A DNA stretch of 64,000 nt from the NCBI GenBank assembly GCA_000934665.2, contig KZ538002.1, positions 124,001 through 188,000 on the forward strand, given 5' to 3'. Below the pieces are notes generated by a model that searched no databases, was not told the DNA's origin, and worked only from the letters and a program-made list of their open reading frames with translations. Below are positions 13,850 through 26,379 of this stretch, one piece after another (the first letter of the stretch is position 1; each line of letters begins with the position of its first letter). The translations under genes were made by a program, and so were the position numbers. The DNA comes from Catajapyx aquilonaris (lineage: Eukaryota).

Positions 13850-14230
13850 CCACGCCTTGACTTCTCCCTCCCCCGCTTTCTCCCTCCAAGTCGACAAAGT
13901 GACATGGCGACGTTGCCGTGTGAACAGAAAAAGTAAGCATATGCGAAGGGCAAACATGGCTGGGCAAATAAGTGCCGCATTCTTGTGCTCAGTAAATGTG
14001 TGTTCTGGGTACACACTGTGAGATGAAACCAATAACTGACCCTTGCTCACTCTAGCGTTTATGGACAGTGTCTGCTGCTTCCATAGTTCAAGTCACTGCA
14101 CTGCTTGAAAAGTGAGTCTAGCATAATAGTGCAGCATAAGACATGAACTATTCCATCGTTCAAGTCGCTGCAATTTGGTCGTTCTTCAGAATGACTCTGT
14201 CAGTTTTCTTTCACTTTTCTTCTCACAACT
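13850..14230 (-). mobile_element. Decayed I-group LINE ORF2 fragment (post-RT region)
   Basis: Across frameshifts it reads ALRICL...TSP...EKAGE, resembling ALRICLGAFRTSPxxSLxxEAGE. Confidence 0.45.
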
Positions 14231-15507
14231 TAGGTAGTCTAATCGCCGCGCATTTGAGAGCTGAACCACTTTACTCACGTTATAAACGACCAAATCGTGA
14301 GTGATGAAGCGATAGAATCCAAAAAAGACAAGCTTTCCCTTCCTTGCATAATGAGTCGTGCCAGATTTTTATTTCCTTTTCACAACTGTACTTTTTTCTC
14401 CTGGTTGAAATTCCAAGGAAGGTATAGCCCGTCGATACCAAATATATGATTCCGGTTCGAACTTCTGACTTCCTGACACTACTCTACTTTCCCCCCGCAA
14501 GCCCTCGAGGTTCAACGTCTTTCAGACATGCAAGTTGACATGGAATTATTTCACCAGGACTCTGATATTATCCTAGGCCCCCATAATTTATGCCTCTGCC
14601 TGATAGTTGTCCTACACTACATCACAAACATCGGGTCCCAAATGCACTCATTCCAAGGACATGCAGATGATTTGTAAGGCTACTGTAACACTAACTGTGC
14701 GAAATGTGATTTGATGTATAGGCCTCTTTTGATTTCCTGCTTGACCAGCAAAACCTCCCCCGTCGTTCAAAAGTCAGTTTTTACTCCAGGTTAAGTCCGA
14801 GCGCTAAACTCGTCATCCTGATAAGAAACAGGCAACATGGGGGAGTTTTAAAAGTTGTCATCTGAGATTAAGCGTGGTGAAAACGTCTGTTGTCAACGCA
14901 TTCATCACACACTAGTTTGATTGGGTCAGCTTCGTCGAATAAAACCATCCATTTCCATCCCCGCTTAGGAACAATGGAGGCGTATATGGCAAAAACTTGC
15001 GCAAGAAATTGTCGTTTTGGAGTTGACCTTCGTGTTGCATAATATTTTCCCTCAGCCTTCCTGGGAAAATCATCTCTGCTTACAGGAACCGCTTGGATCT
15101 CATCGCATCTAACGATCAATTGTTGATTGTAATGTTCATCGGCGTGGAGAGTCCGGATCTCATACAGTAGATTATTAGAGCATTTCAGATATACTGTACA
15201 CAAAATAATTATTGGAATTATTGATATCCTGTTGGGCTATGTTTCAAATCAACCGGACATAAGAAATCAGATCATTTTTGCTGCCGAGTGATTGGTGAGG
15301 TTGAATGGATAGGTTCTGAAAATGACCTGTCCACTGCTGTTGGCTGTTGCTGACACTTAGGTTACAATAACGAGTTATGCACCTGTTATTACTACCCACT
15401 CAACTAATCTGAGGACCTGATAATATCGCATTCCGCCCTAAGAATCGGAATTGGGGTCCTTCCTTAATATTTTTTTGGAATGTGCTCAATATTGACTCGA
15501 TTGTTCA

Positions 15508-15590
15508 ACTTACCGTGTGGGTGTGCATATTTGCAGGAAATTCATAAGTAGTCGGGACTCACCTGAAAAGAGAGAAAATAATTGTTAAGA
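15508..15590 (-). promoter_or_regulatory. Recursive splice site (ratchet point) with 49-nt cryptic RS exon (15562-15514)
   Basis: The minus strand reads TCTTAAC (branch-like) AATTA TTTTCTCTCTTTTCAG|GTGAGT ...49 nt... CACG|GTAAGT. It is on the same strand as ds and inside the giant intron. Confidence 0.75.
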
Positions 15591-18500
15591 AAGAGCATGA
15601 TAGGAAGTGCATTCACATTAGGGTGGTTACTGAATGAAATATGCTTCCTCTTTATGTACCAGCTGCCCGTCGGCTATGGGTCAGATTCTTAAACCATTTG
15701 CATGATATATTGAGAGATGAGACAAAGAGTACGGCAGGGGCCCGATTGTGCCTTCAAATTGGTTCCTTTATGCCTAATCACGCTCGAATACAACTAGGAC
15801 GGTACAAAAAAAATATGAAAAATTCGGAGCACCTGCCCCATGAATCATATTATTAAAACACTTTTGTGGGCCCAGGAAGCATCTGGTTAGTGTAGCACTT
15901 TTTTGTGCGTGTGCGAGTGTGTACACCCCAATGCAAGTTCAATTTGGGCAATGACAGTGCAAGTTCTATCCGGTGTAGGTCAGGTTGTCATACCAACGTA
16001 CCTTTCTCGAAGGTGCGGGATGACCTTCGTCCACCGTCACCTGTCCGAGATGGCAATCTTTATGCAAATATTGTCATTACCTATAAGGTCGGGAAAGTTT
16101 TTCTCGGGGGATGGGCTGCTTAGCAAACAAGTCGTAATCTGCATTAAAATGTCATTTCATAACCGGTGAAGTATCACCCGGTATTACAAGGCTAGGGTGC
16201 AAACCCAGCAAATGGAGCGTGTATCCTGAGCTCCCCTGTGGACCCCTATACCTTCCACTTCTTCATCGTCCTTGAAGCCCGGACGAACGCCCCCTGCCTC
16301 CAGCATTTTTCTTCATCTTTTGTGTGTGTGTGTGTGTTCACTCTTCTACCGCCAAGATTGTCCAGGGGTATAACAATACTAAGTCGTACGTGCAGTATAA
16401 GGCGTGCTCGTCACTCTGGGCCCCTCTGGTGATGGATGCGACGAGTTAGTCAAACATCCCTCGTAGGTGACAACGGGAGGGGGCCCCCCTCGGCCTCCTA
16501 ATCCGCGAGTCGTTATGCCGTTTTTCGTGACAAAACAAGGTCGCAAAGGCCAGTCGGGATGGGGGTACCGTCCGATGTGACAGACAGGGAATGAATGGGA
16601 GTTGTTGTGACTGGTGCTTGCGGATTGGGGATCCGGAGTACGCTGGAAAATCGGTCTAAATTCAGAGAAAGTGCCGGCTGTACCGTTTGGATCCATTGGG
16701 GGGNAGGGGGAGGGGGGGGGAATGCGAGGGCAAAGTCAGAATTTTGCTCCATAAATCTTGGGGAGTAGTGTTGCCGACGGGTAACGGCGTGCACCTCTCA
16801 GCCATTCCTTACCACATAGGAAAAATTAATCAGGAACAACTCTGGTGGGCTTGTACGCTACCAACCTACGGCACCTCCTATACATATCTGCGCGACCAGA
16901 AAGTGAAACAAAAAGAAAATGATGCAACGAGCACCAACATACGGACCACCCTGGAGATATGTACTTAGGCAAATGACGTCATTAGGAGCGGGACGGCGTC
17001 TTTGATGCGCAAACCCCACACTTTAAAAGGCCCTTCTTGCTTAAAGATAATTTATTCGTAACTACAACATCCACCAGAAGTACAATATGATTTGGACCAA
17101 GATGGCTGGTGGTCTATATCGACGGCTAGTTATTCATTCACGTCAGAAACGGGCAGTCAGTTAGATTTTCGAGCCCGAGTGGCCTCTGAGGAAAATCCGT
17201 GGTCTTGAGGACGATGTGGGTGGGCCAACTTCCTAGGCCAATTTCTTACGTCGAAATGGCTTGTTAGTGCATCGCAAAGTTAATATTTATGATTTGACCA
17301 TTATCAATGTTTTAACCTGGTGGTGAATCAATCATCGGGAGGATTTATCATCGCGAAGACGAGCCGTGGGGGTGTAACGGGCTACGTCATCGGAATAGTG
17401 GACGGATGACTTCGTTAGCGCCATATTGACAACACATTGGGACATTGCCTTATTGCACTCATTGGCATATATCGCCTGAAGGAAGCCCTAGATTCTCCTT
17501 TGAATTCTGCCGGAGTAATTACAAGGCTGCGCTATGAAATATTGTTATGAAATCGGGAGTGTAGTGAATCCTTTGTGAAGTCAACCAATGATGGCAACCA
17601 TTACAAAAAAAAAAAAAACCCAGGTTCATCTCGTATCATTTTCCCTCGGTAAAACTCCTCCTCCGGCTCTCAAAGTGTAGCGAAATCCACTTTTTGTGCG
17701 TCAAAATGACTGATGTGCTTCTTCCCTTGTGGAGACCCGCCCACTCTCGAAATTTTTTTTTGCCGCCCCCGTAAAAAAAATGAAAAAAAAAAGGTACAGA
17801 GTGTACGGTGATTATCGTCTACAATGGAGGCCACGAAGCATGGAGTTTACAAGCTTGATTGAACAGGCTTTTGTAGGCTTGGGGGAGAAGACCGAAGGCC
17901 TTGGTCCATTTCACGCCAGATGGATCGAGGGGCCCCCAGAAGCCATGATGGCTCCTCTTACCCCCTCATCCCTACCCCCCTCAAGAAAGGATACTGCATC
18001 TCCCAGAACGAATTGGGCAGGTATGGCGGTGCTAAGAGGCACCAAAATTTTTCCAATTTTTCTTCTCAGCCTTTTTCATTGTGATCAAGTTGGATTCAGT
18101 TAGCGCACAGGAATCTTAATATGTCACGTCGGTACAACACCGGTAATTTTTTGAAGGTTACGTGCAACTTGGGAGTCTAAATAGGAGGGTGCCTTAAAAA
18201 ATACAATGCAGCATTTATTCATGACTTAAAGAGGGAGGAGAAAACGCCAAGTGAAACCTTCCAAGAAAATGCTGCCATATTTCAAGTGGAGGTGGACAAG
18301 TAAAACTGTTGGCTCACTTTGAAGGCCAGCTCATTTCAGTGCCTGGGACACTGCCTTTTTTTGGGAAGAGTGGTGGGGGGAGGGAGTGAAGAAGACACCA
18401 GGTACCACGATATGGTTTTAAAAAGATTGGTAATGGCGTTCGAATGTTGCTTTTCGGTGTCTCAGACTTCCTTCAAGAATACCCTCCCGCTCGAAATGGC

Positions 18501-21029
18501 CTCAATAGAATACGAGAGTGACTCCAGTTTTGATACATGAGGTACAGTGCAGTATGCTGTAGAATAATTAAAAGATTCCAAGTTACACACAATATTTCGC
18601 AACGATCCATTCACTTCAGTCGGGGGCTGGCTGTACAACCAGAATTCAGCTAGATGATTCAACCCAGCCTAATATTCGCTGCTAATACTTTTATAACCGC
18701 CAAAGGTAACTGCTCAAAAATAAGCTCGATAAAAGAAATCGCCAACACATTAATGACACTTTCATTATGTCAGGAACTGCAGTTGCAGTGCCGACTAGGC
18801 GGGCTAGCTCATGGGCTCAGGTACTGGGTTCAGTAAGTGAAACTCCGGACTGGGGACAACAACACGTCTATTGCTCTGGGGTTACAGACTGATGCAGTAT
18901 AACGGTGGCAGTTGGAAAATGTTGCATCATTTTGCCACCGGATGCTTCCCGGATTTATCCTGTATTTATATTATTACCTTGCTCTACCAAAGGGCAAGGA
19001 TTGGTAGCCTATAACGGCTTTTTCTTTTGAAAAATGTTACATAACAATGAGTGAAAATAATTAGGAACTGGGCAGGGTTTCACTTATGCCGCACTATCCC
19101 TTTCATTTCAGCGATATCGATAAGTCGTCAAGACCCCGCTTGTTCAGTTGTCCTCAAAATATGTCCGAAACAATGCCTGAAAGGGCGTCGCTGTTAGGAG
19201 ACAGTAGGACACTGTCTCCGCCCTTTTTTGAACTTTTTTTGTGTACGTGTGCGCGCTCTCCGTAGGCCGCATCACCAGACGATAAAACAAAGGTTGGGGA
19301 CACCAAGGTTGCTTCTTCTTCTCCTTTCTTCTTCCTTGCTTCCTTCCTTCTTCCATTCCCTAGGCCGCAGTTATCACTCGCAGCATCACCCATGGCACTG
19401 ATTGATGAGAGGCGAAGTCTCACTCGCCCGGTCCCTTCTAGAAGAACCCCCTCCAAAAAACGTCCAGAGCACAAGGTTGGGATCCTCCATCTTTTCCTTT
19501 CTCAAACACAGGACGAGTCTGTCATTAGTGTAGGATGCACTGCGTAAAAATTTTGGCCCCATCGTCCTCTCCAGATGGAATATAAATATTCACGCTGCAC
19601 GTGAACGCCTTCATTTACAATTCAAGCTGGAGGTTTTATGCCAAACGGGGGTCGTTATACTCGGGCTCCATGTTGGAGAGGTCCATGTCGCGGTTTTTAG
19701 GGCGGTTGTCGCTCTGGGTATTGATGCGGACCATTCCTTTAGCAAATGACACAAGAGCGGACCGTAAAACAGATTTATGGCCAAGAATCAGCATAAGGAA
19801 TAAATCTGAGCATTGTCGATGGCGCCGGGGGCTGAACCTTGTATCATATTCATTTCAAATGACATGGCGTCGCTATTTCTGGAAATTGCCTGAACAATAA
19901 GTAGTTTTGCAGGTGTTATGAACCTGTCCATACTTGGAATCAGTTTGTGCTTCTCCACTATGCCAGGTGCTTGCTTCATGTTTAGCGACACAACGGCACC
20001 ACTATTCTGGGATGATAATATATTGTAATAGATAACTTCCCAAGCAGCTGTGGTGGCCACTCCCGCCAGCAGTGTCGGGCGGCGGACCTTAGAACTAAGT
20101 TAAATTATTTTACCCAAGTCTCACGGGTATGTTCTAAGCATCCTTATTGCAGAAAGATATAGCCTCTATCATTCACGTGGTAACAAAGCAAAAAAAATAA
20201 TTTTAAATACGATTGTTTCTGAAATCAGTTAGTGAATTTTGCGCAAATAGAGTTCTTCTTAGTATTAAACATCACATTCGAACAATTGCGTTTAGGGGCT
20301 ATGAAGAATATGACCTGCTAACATAGCCTGAATGATAATATCATCCCTTCAGACACTGGTTTGCAATAAATCATCGAGACAAGACATGGAAGACTCACTT
20401 GGAACCCAGTAGCATCAGAAGTCAAGGTTTGAACCATTTTTAGTTCAGACTAGAACCCAGTACGGTGGTTCAAGGGACTTTGTCCATTCAACATAACAAG
20501 AGCAGCTAAAAAATTTCTTAACTCTTGAAAGTAACTGTTCAATTCTAAACAAAACACTTATCCCCGGTTGCATAAAATTGGGGAAACTTTCTGTTAAAAA
20601 AACAGGTATTCACAATACACAGGTACTGCAGATTCAGAGTTTTTCTCCTTAATTTTAGTTGATACAACAGTTCATTAATACCAAACAAATCGCAATAACT
20701 AAAATAAATAGTGAGTTTGAATCATCCTGAGAGTGAGAAACACAGTCAAAAATGCCCAATACATAGTAGAATATTCACAATTCTTACTTTATTATGACAT
20801 GTAGCCTGTCGACATGTTACTAGATTTTATAGATTCATGTTCAGTTACCTCTCATGTGAGAATATAGACTGATAATGCGAATGTTATGGCCCACAATAAT
20901 ATTCCGACGTTGAAATGCCACTTGTCACTGATTCCACCTGATATTCCGCATTCGACAAAACAATTATTATGTCCATCATTTTTGACAGTATTTGTCAAAA
21001 TACACGTGGAAAAAGGATTACAATAGGTA

Positions 21030-21370
21030 CAGCGGCGCATCTACGGAAAATAGCACCTATGGCAAGCACTGAAATTGCGCCCCTGTCCACACATCTGAAA
21101 CCCATCTTTCAGATAACTTTATCATAAAATCAGCTCAAATATACCAGTGATACCAGTCAAAAGTTCACTAATTTTTTAATTGACAAATGACACTACTCAT
21201 GAAAATTACAACCGCGCCTTCCTTGCTTTCACTGATGCAATTTGGTCTATGATGCTGTCAAAGTCAGTTTTTGTCAGGTTCTTCTCTTTCTACACTCAGC
21301 AGAGCAAGATCACAGAGTCTGCCTAGATCCATGTGTGGAGCCATCATAGTGCTTCTCGCCCATAACACTA
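21030..21370 (-). mobile_element. hAT (Tip100/Blackjack-type) transposon 3' end: transposase C-terminus + terminal repeat
   Basis: The minus strand encodes GRLCDLALLSVEREEPDK-(+1 frameshift)-TDFDSIIDQIASVKARKARL*, with the stop at 21208-21206. This is typical of the hAT dimerisation-domain tail. The terminus CAGCGGCGCATCTA is at 21030; the other end was not found. Confidence 0.75.
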
Positions 21371-22240
21371 TGCAAGACGATATTTGTCCATGTGACTGCA
21401 TTGTAATTGTTCCTTAGGTCACTCGTAACTCATATAATCACATTTCATTTTGTCTGGCCATTGTTTTTGACCTCGGAGCATTCAAAAAACCAAAGTCCTC
21501 GAAATATTGGTCTCATTACGAATCAAATGGGCCGAAATGCTGCTAGACCATCTCGGATTTTGGTGGGGGAAAAATCAGAAGCGGCCCATGACCATGCCTC
21601 CAATGTGGCAATTTTCCTCTTTATCGACTACTTCAAACTTGTAGCAATTTATGGCGATAATAATTATAGTTACCTTCTGCAAGTGCCCCCTAATGTGATG
21701 CATAATTTTATTTCCGCCAAATGGTCTATCGTGACTAAATAAAACAGTCCATATTTTATTTCAAATCGTTATTTGAGGCTTCGATCTAGGGTCTACCCGT
21801 GTTATTGACTGTTGACGACACTGAACATAACCTGAGCAAGGATAAAAATCCTCCACCTATAATATTGTGTACCAACAGTGTCACAGCTGCGCCTCATAGT
21901 GTGAAGATCCTGAAAGGGGAAGTTGGAACTCCGAACTCAACATCTAATATTTGCAAAATAGGTAAGTGTAAAGGAGGGTTTGTTCCCTAAAATAGCATTA
22001 TTCCAAGCAGGTACCTTACAAACAAAAATCATAAAAATGCGATTTTTATGCGAAATATACGGTGGTCTGAGAGTGAAGAACCTCGCTGAATCGGCAGGAA
22101 TGTAAACACAATGCTTTCCCATACGACGTATGCGATCATTATAAGAGAACATTATGCGATTTACTGATGTTTCCACGTAATCCAATATTAGGAAACAATA
22201 TTATCGATAGCCTCTAAAAGTAACTGTTAGAAACTGACTA

Positions 22241-22563
22241 CACTGTACTCCCGATTATCCGGGCTAATGGCTGCACGGGTGTCGCTGGATAATCGGAAAA
22301 CACGAATAATCGGAAAATGGTCCTAGACACCGTAAAATGAGCTATGCACAAATTTTAAATGAACGACTTACAGTACATACTGCTTTAAATAAGATTTAAT
22401 CAAAATAAGAAAAATTTCGTACATTTTTAGTTTGTCTTCTGGAAAAAAGTGTCACATTTCTTTGTTTGAGAGAAAATTTGTCATTTTTTTCGGAAGTTTG
22501 TTTATTTTATTTTGTTTAGTCATGCACGGATAATCCGCAACGCGGATAATCGGGAGTACCGTG
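22241..22563. mobile_element. pogo/Tigger-like MITE, TA TSD
   Basis: TA|cactgtactcccgattatccg ... cggataatcgggagtaccgtg|TA, with subterminal ggataatc repeats. Confidence 0.85.
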
Positions 22564-23378
22564 TACTTGGCAGTGTACTTGTTAAGTGAGACCAAAAAAT
22601 TGGTGAAACCGACACCTGCAGTTATACAGGCAGGGTACTATTTCGTCAAGTTACCATTATTGGACCACGACCCTGACGTGACCTCTCGGGGTCAGGACCT
22701 GGACTGGTCACATTTTATGAATTTTATAAATATTTTAAAGACTTCTTCCTTAAGTACCATATTACCTGATGGCACATGGCAGTGGTAATGACACTATATT
22801 ACTTCTTAACTTCTCCCGAAGTAGTCATCGCCTGCATTAGTAATACTGTTGTTTCTAACAATATGCCTACATTTTGCTCTAATTATTGATGTGACCGTTT
22901 CAGTTAGCAACTTATTTCCAGTAAGTTACATGCTTATTAATTAAAAGTTACTTATTTTAGTAGCTATCACAAACATATTAGTTACTAATATTAGGCAAAT
23001 GTAGAGGCACCTTTTTAGAGCACTGCACTGTGGGAGGGGTTAGCCTCCAACAAAAAGGGTTCAAACATTGTCCTCACGTGTCAAAGGGTCACAATGGGTC
23101 ACTCCGACAGTCACGCAAATCCGAGCCTAAATGATTCTTTCCATTCAACGTCATAATAGCCAAAAAAATTTGGCCATATAATATCTCCTAGTGCTGAAGT
23201 TCATGGGCGTTTTAAATAGGCTACGTACTTGTTGTAAGAAGTTAAAAATGAAAATCCATACTTATGGCCGCTGTATGAACGGCTGTGTGAAAAGATCTCC
23301 GCTTATGTACAGTACAGGTATTTGCAAGGCACAATCATAGATTTTCTCCTGAATTTGAGTTCATACAACTGGTTATTA

Positions 23379-23692
23379 TAATTTTAATAATAATAATATA
23401 ATAATTGTGGGTAATGCTTTCACCCCCAAACGGGGGTATATCGCATGATTTATTTTTTCAATTTTCTCAACTTCGGTGCAAGGAATCAAGGAAATTGGGT
23501 AAGGATAGGGATTTTCGGGGAGGGGACACGAGTGCTGTTCCCCAGGAGGTTATGTTGCCAGACACCTCCTTGGTGCAGGTGGGAGACCCTCCTGACGCAG
23601 GTGAAAGGAAAGTTCCCCAGGCGGGGATCGAACCTGGGGCCTTTCACACAGCAAGCCGAGACGTTACCATCTCGGCCACCACACCTCCCCCT
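23379..23692 (-). mobile_element. tRNA-derived SINE with 16-bp TSD
   Basis: The minus strand has an A box (TGGCCGAGATGG), a B box (GGTTCGATCCC) and a (TTA)n-like tail. TSD atacaactggttatta at 23363-23378 and 23693-23708. Confidence 0.9.
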
Positions 23693-24148
23693 ATACAACT
23701 GGTTATTAGACACATAGTATAGGAAGATGTTGAAAGAGTATAGAATATTTTTGGAAGCCGTTTATTTCATCTCCGCTAATAGATGAAGTTACTTTTTACT
23801 ATTAAAAGTAGCCTATTATTATCTGCTTAGTGGAAAACAACTAAATAAGCAGAATTTCTGTAATCAGTGTTTCTTCTTTGTTGGACCACCATGTATAATC
23901 TGAGCGATCTTCACATGCAATGTGTGTTGTGGCTTTTTCAAGTTCCGTCACTCTCGTTGTTATAGGAAAATACATAATGACTGATATTTATATGCACTCA
24001 ATGCACTAAATGCCTGATAATGCGCAGCATTACGATAAAAATTAGGAGCTAATGAAAAAGGGGGTAATAAGCAATTAACTTTTTACTGCATTTTCAAAAT
24101 AATTGTCAGAATGCTGTTGCAGCGGATACCTTCAGATTTCACAAATTA

Positions 24149-25259
24149 CCCTGACCAACAATTATTTTGTTACATGAACAACTTTAGCTGTTTCCTACGT
24201 ATTATTAGACGTTGATTCCGAATATGAGGTCAGGAATTATCCATCACCTTCCATTTTTCTGTAACAGACCTACCTTATTTTGCAGAAAATATACTGCACT
24301 TTGATCATTGTCACTAATATATTGGTTAAAATGGCATTGTTACATGAGCAATTTTTGCTGTTTGTCATGCATTCATAGGCGCTGATTCCGAATATGAAGT
24401 CAGAAAAATTCTATCAGCCTTCATTTTCTTGTAAAAAAAACCTACTTCTCAGAACTTTGCATAACTCAATGTCACCAATATATTGGTCAACAATGGCTTT
24501 GATAAATGCACAATTTTTGCTGTCTTCTATGGATTAGTAGGCCTTGATTTTGGACATAAAATCAGAAAGTTTCTATCGGCATCCGTTTTCTTGTAACAGA
24601 CCTTACTTCCCCGAGAGTAGGCCCTACTTTGCATAGCTCAATATGACCAGTTTATTGGTCAACAATAGCTTTGTTACATGAACAATTGTAGCTGTTTCTT
24701 ATGCATTAATAGGCTCTGGTTTTGAATATGAAGTCAGAATTTTTTTTATCAGGATCGATTTTCTTGTAACAAGCCTACCTTTTGTACTGCACATTACAAC
24801 ACCTTATGCATACTATTTAAAATAATATGCTTCCATATGACGATTTCGGCTTTTCTACTGCTACCACAATATGGGTAACATAGGTAATCCATTAATTAAG
24901 CCCTGTTAGTCATTACCTACTTATATGAAAGTGTAGCCGATGACATTGTTACCATAAAACTGCCGATTAGTCAAAAATTCTGAGTGATAGAAAATATAAG
25001 TTTACATAATCGATATCAGCGCAGATAATACAATAGGAATCGCATATTCATGTATATGTAACAAAAAGCAGTTCAATTTTGTCGATCAGTGAGTTACATA
25101 TTAAGGGAGGTTTTTCGCTCCCATAAAAATGCTCATTAGGCAAAAACTGTAGGTGATAGGAAGAATCGGTTACCATATTTGAAATCAGCACAAAAGACAC
25201 AATAAGAATCTCATATTCACGTACGTGTAACAAAAAAGGGTCAATTTTGTCGATCAGTG
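24149..25259. mobile_element. Chapaev3 (CMC)-like non-autonomous DNA transposon with internal ~170-bp tandem repeats
   Basis: TTA|ccctgaccaacaa...ttttgttacatg ... gtgtaacaaaa...ttttgtcgatcagtg|TTA. Four diverged units start near 24169, 24339, 24501 and 24673 (gattccgaatatga motif), and the right terminal region is duplicated (about 25040-25091 and 25205-25259). Confidence 0.7.
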
Positions 25260-25282
25260 TTATTGATAAAGCTATAGGAATA

Positions 25283-25841
25283 CAGTTGAATCCAGATATA
25301 ACAGACTTCAAGGGACCGAGGAAATCAGTCTGTTATAATTATAACCGAGGTCTGCTATAGCCAAATCGCCACTTTTTCAACGAATACACAAGTTTTCTGC
25401 TTTCATGTGCTTATGATGCATACTACTCCATTTCTGATTAATGAAACTACCCACAAACATGCCAAATAAGCTCACCCATAACTGAGGCAGGTCAAAGAAA
25501 AATCCGTCATTTTTTCTTCTGCCATCTCGTCCTTGCCAAATATGCCAGAAAATGAATGGTTTTGATCTTTTCGGTAAGTGTTAGATCAGTGACAGGTGGG
25601 AAAATGACACCCGCTCCAGTATGAAGTGCTTTCCTCGCGTGGAAAAGGAAGCGAACAATCAAAAGCAGCATATTTTTCCACTTACGGGCCAAAAATGGTC
25701 TATTATAGCCGAGATGAGGTGAAATTAGTCTGTTATATCAGGAGTGAAAATACACTTGTGGAAGTATGCCGGGACCAGCCTTCGAGTCTGTTATAACCAA
25801 AAGTCTATTACAGCGGAGGCGGTTATATCAGGATTCAACTG
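25283..25841. mobile_element. pogo/Tigger-like MITE, TA TSD
   Basis: TA|cagttgaatccagatataac ... gttatatcaggattcaactg|TA, with repeated gtctgttata subterminal motifs. Confidence 0.88.
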
Positions 25842-26379
25842 TACATATTGAACCAACCCTCTAGTACCAGCACTTCTGCTGTCGTCAATGCCTTGAGATA
25901 GTTAAGATGGAACGGCAATGTCGGTTACGCCCCTTTATCCACCTAGCTCCTCAATTGTACAATGTAACATTTTAGAACTGAAGTATTAGTTTTTCAGAAC
26001 CAGCATCTGCTAAGTTTTTCCTTTATCACGCAACGATAATGAAATGGATTTTCAGCATATTTCTTAGGTCAGCCCTTCAATTAGTTATCTTTCCATCATA
26101 AGGTGTACAATTATACGATTAATCGTAAAAGTCTTAGAATTGGGGTATAAAAATTTCACGATTATTTTGTGATCATTAGTGAACCTTGGCACACGGTAGT
26201 TTAGGCCAGGCTTTAAGCAAAGAGTGCAGACTCATTTGTTAAGTCTGAATGACTATTAATGTCCGGGTAAGGGAGGGTCTGTCCCAATTACTCAGCAAAT
26301 TTTATTGCAGTCTCTCCATCGAAAGGGAGTGTCCTTCCGATAACATATCTAAATTTGAATTCTGTTTTAATGACCTCTC

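Noticed and set aside
14868..15203. WKWMVLFDEA as a Tc1/mariner catalytic motif
   Set aside because: A single weak motif with no further DD(E/D) residues or TIRs recognisable.
16073..16100. Other minus-strand AG|GT juxtapositions (16077, 3604, 4948, 36706) as extra ratchet points
   Set aside because: Weak pyrimidine tract or weak donor compared with the 15563 site.
23615..23690. tRNA gene
   Set aside because: It has A/B boxes but no clear cloverleaf, and it continues into a SINE body with tail and TSD.
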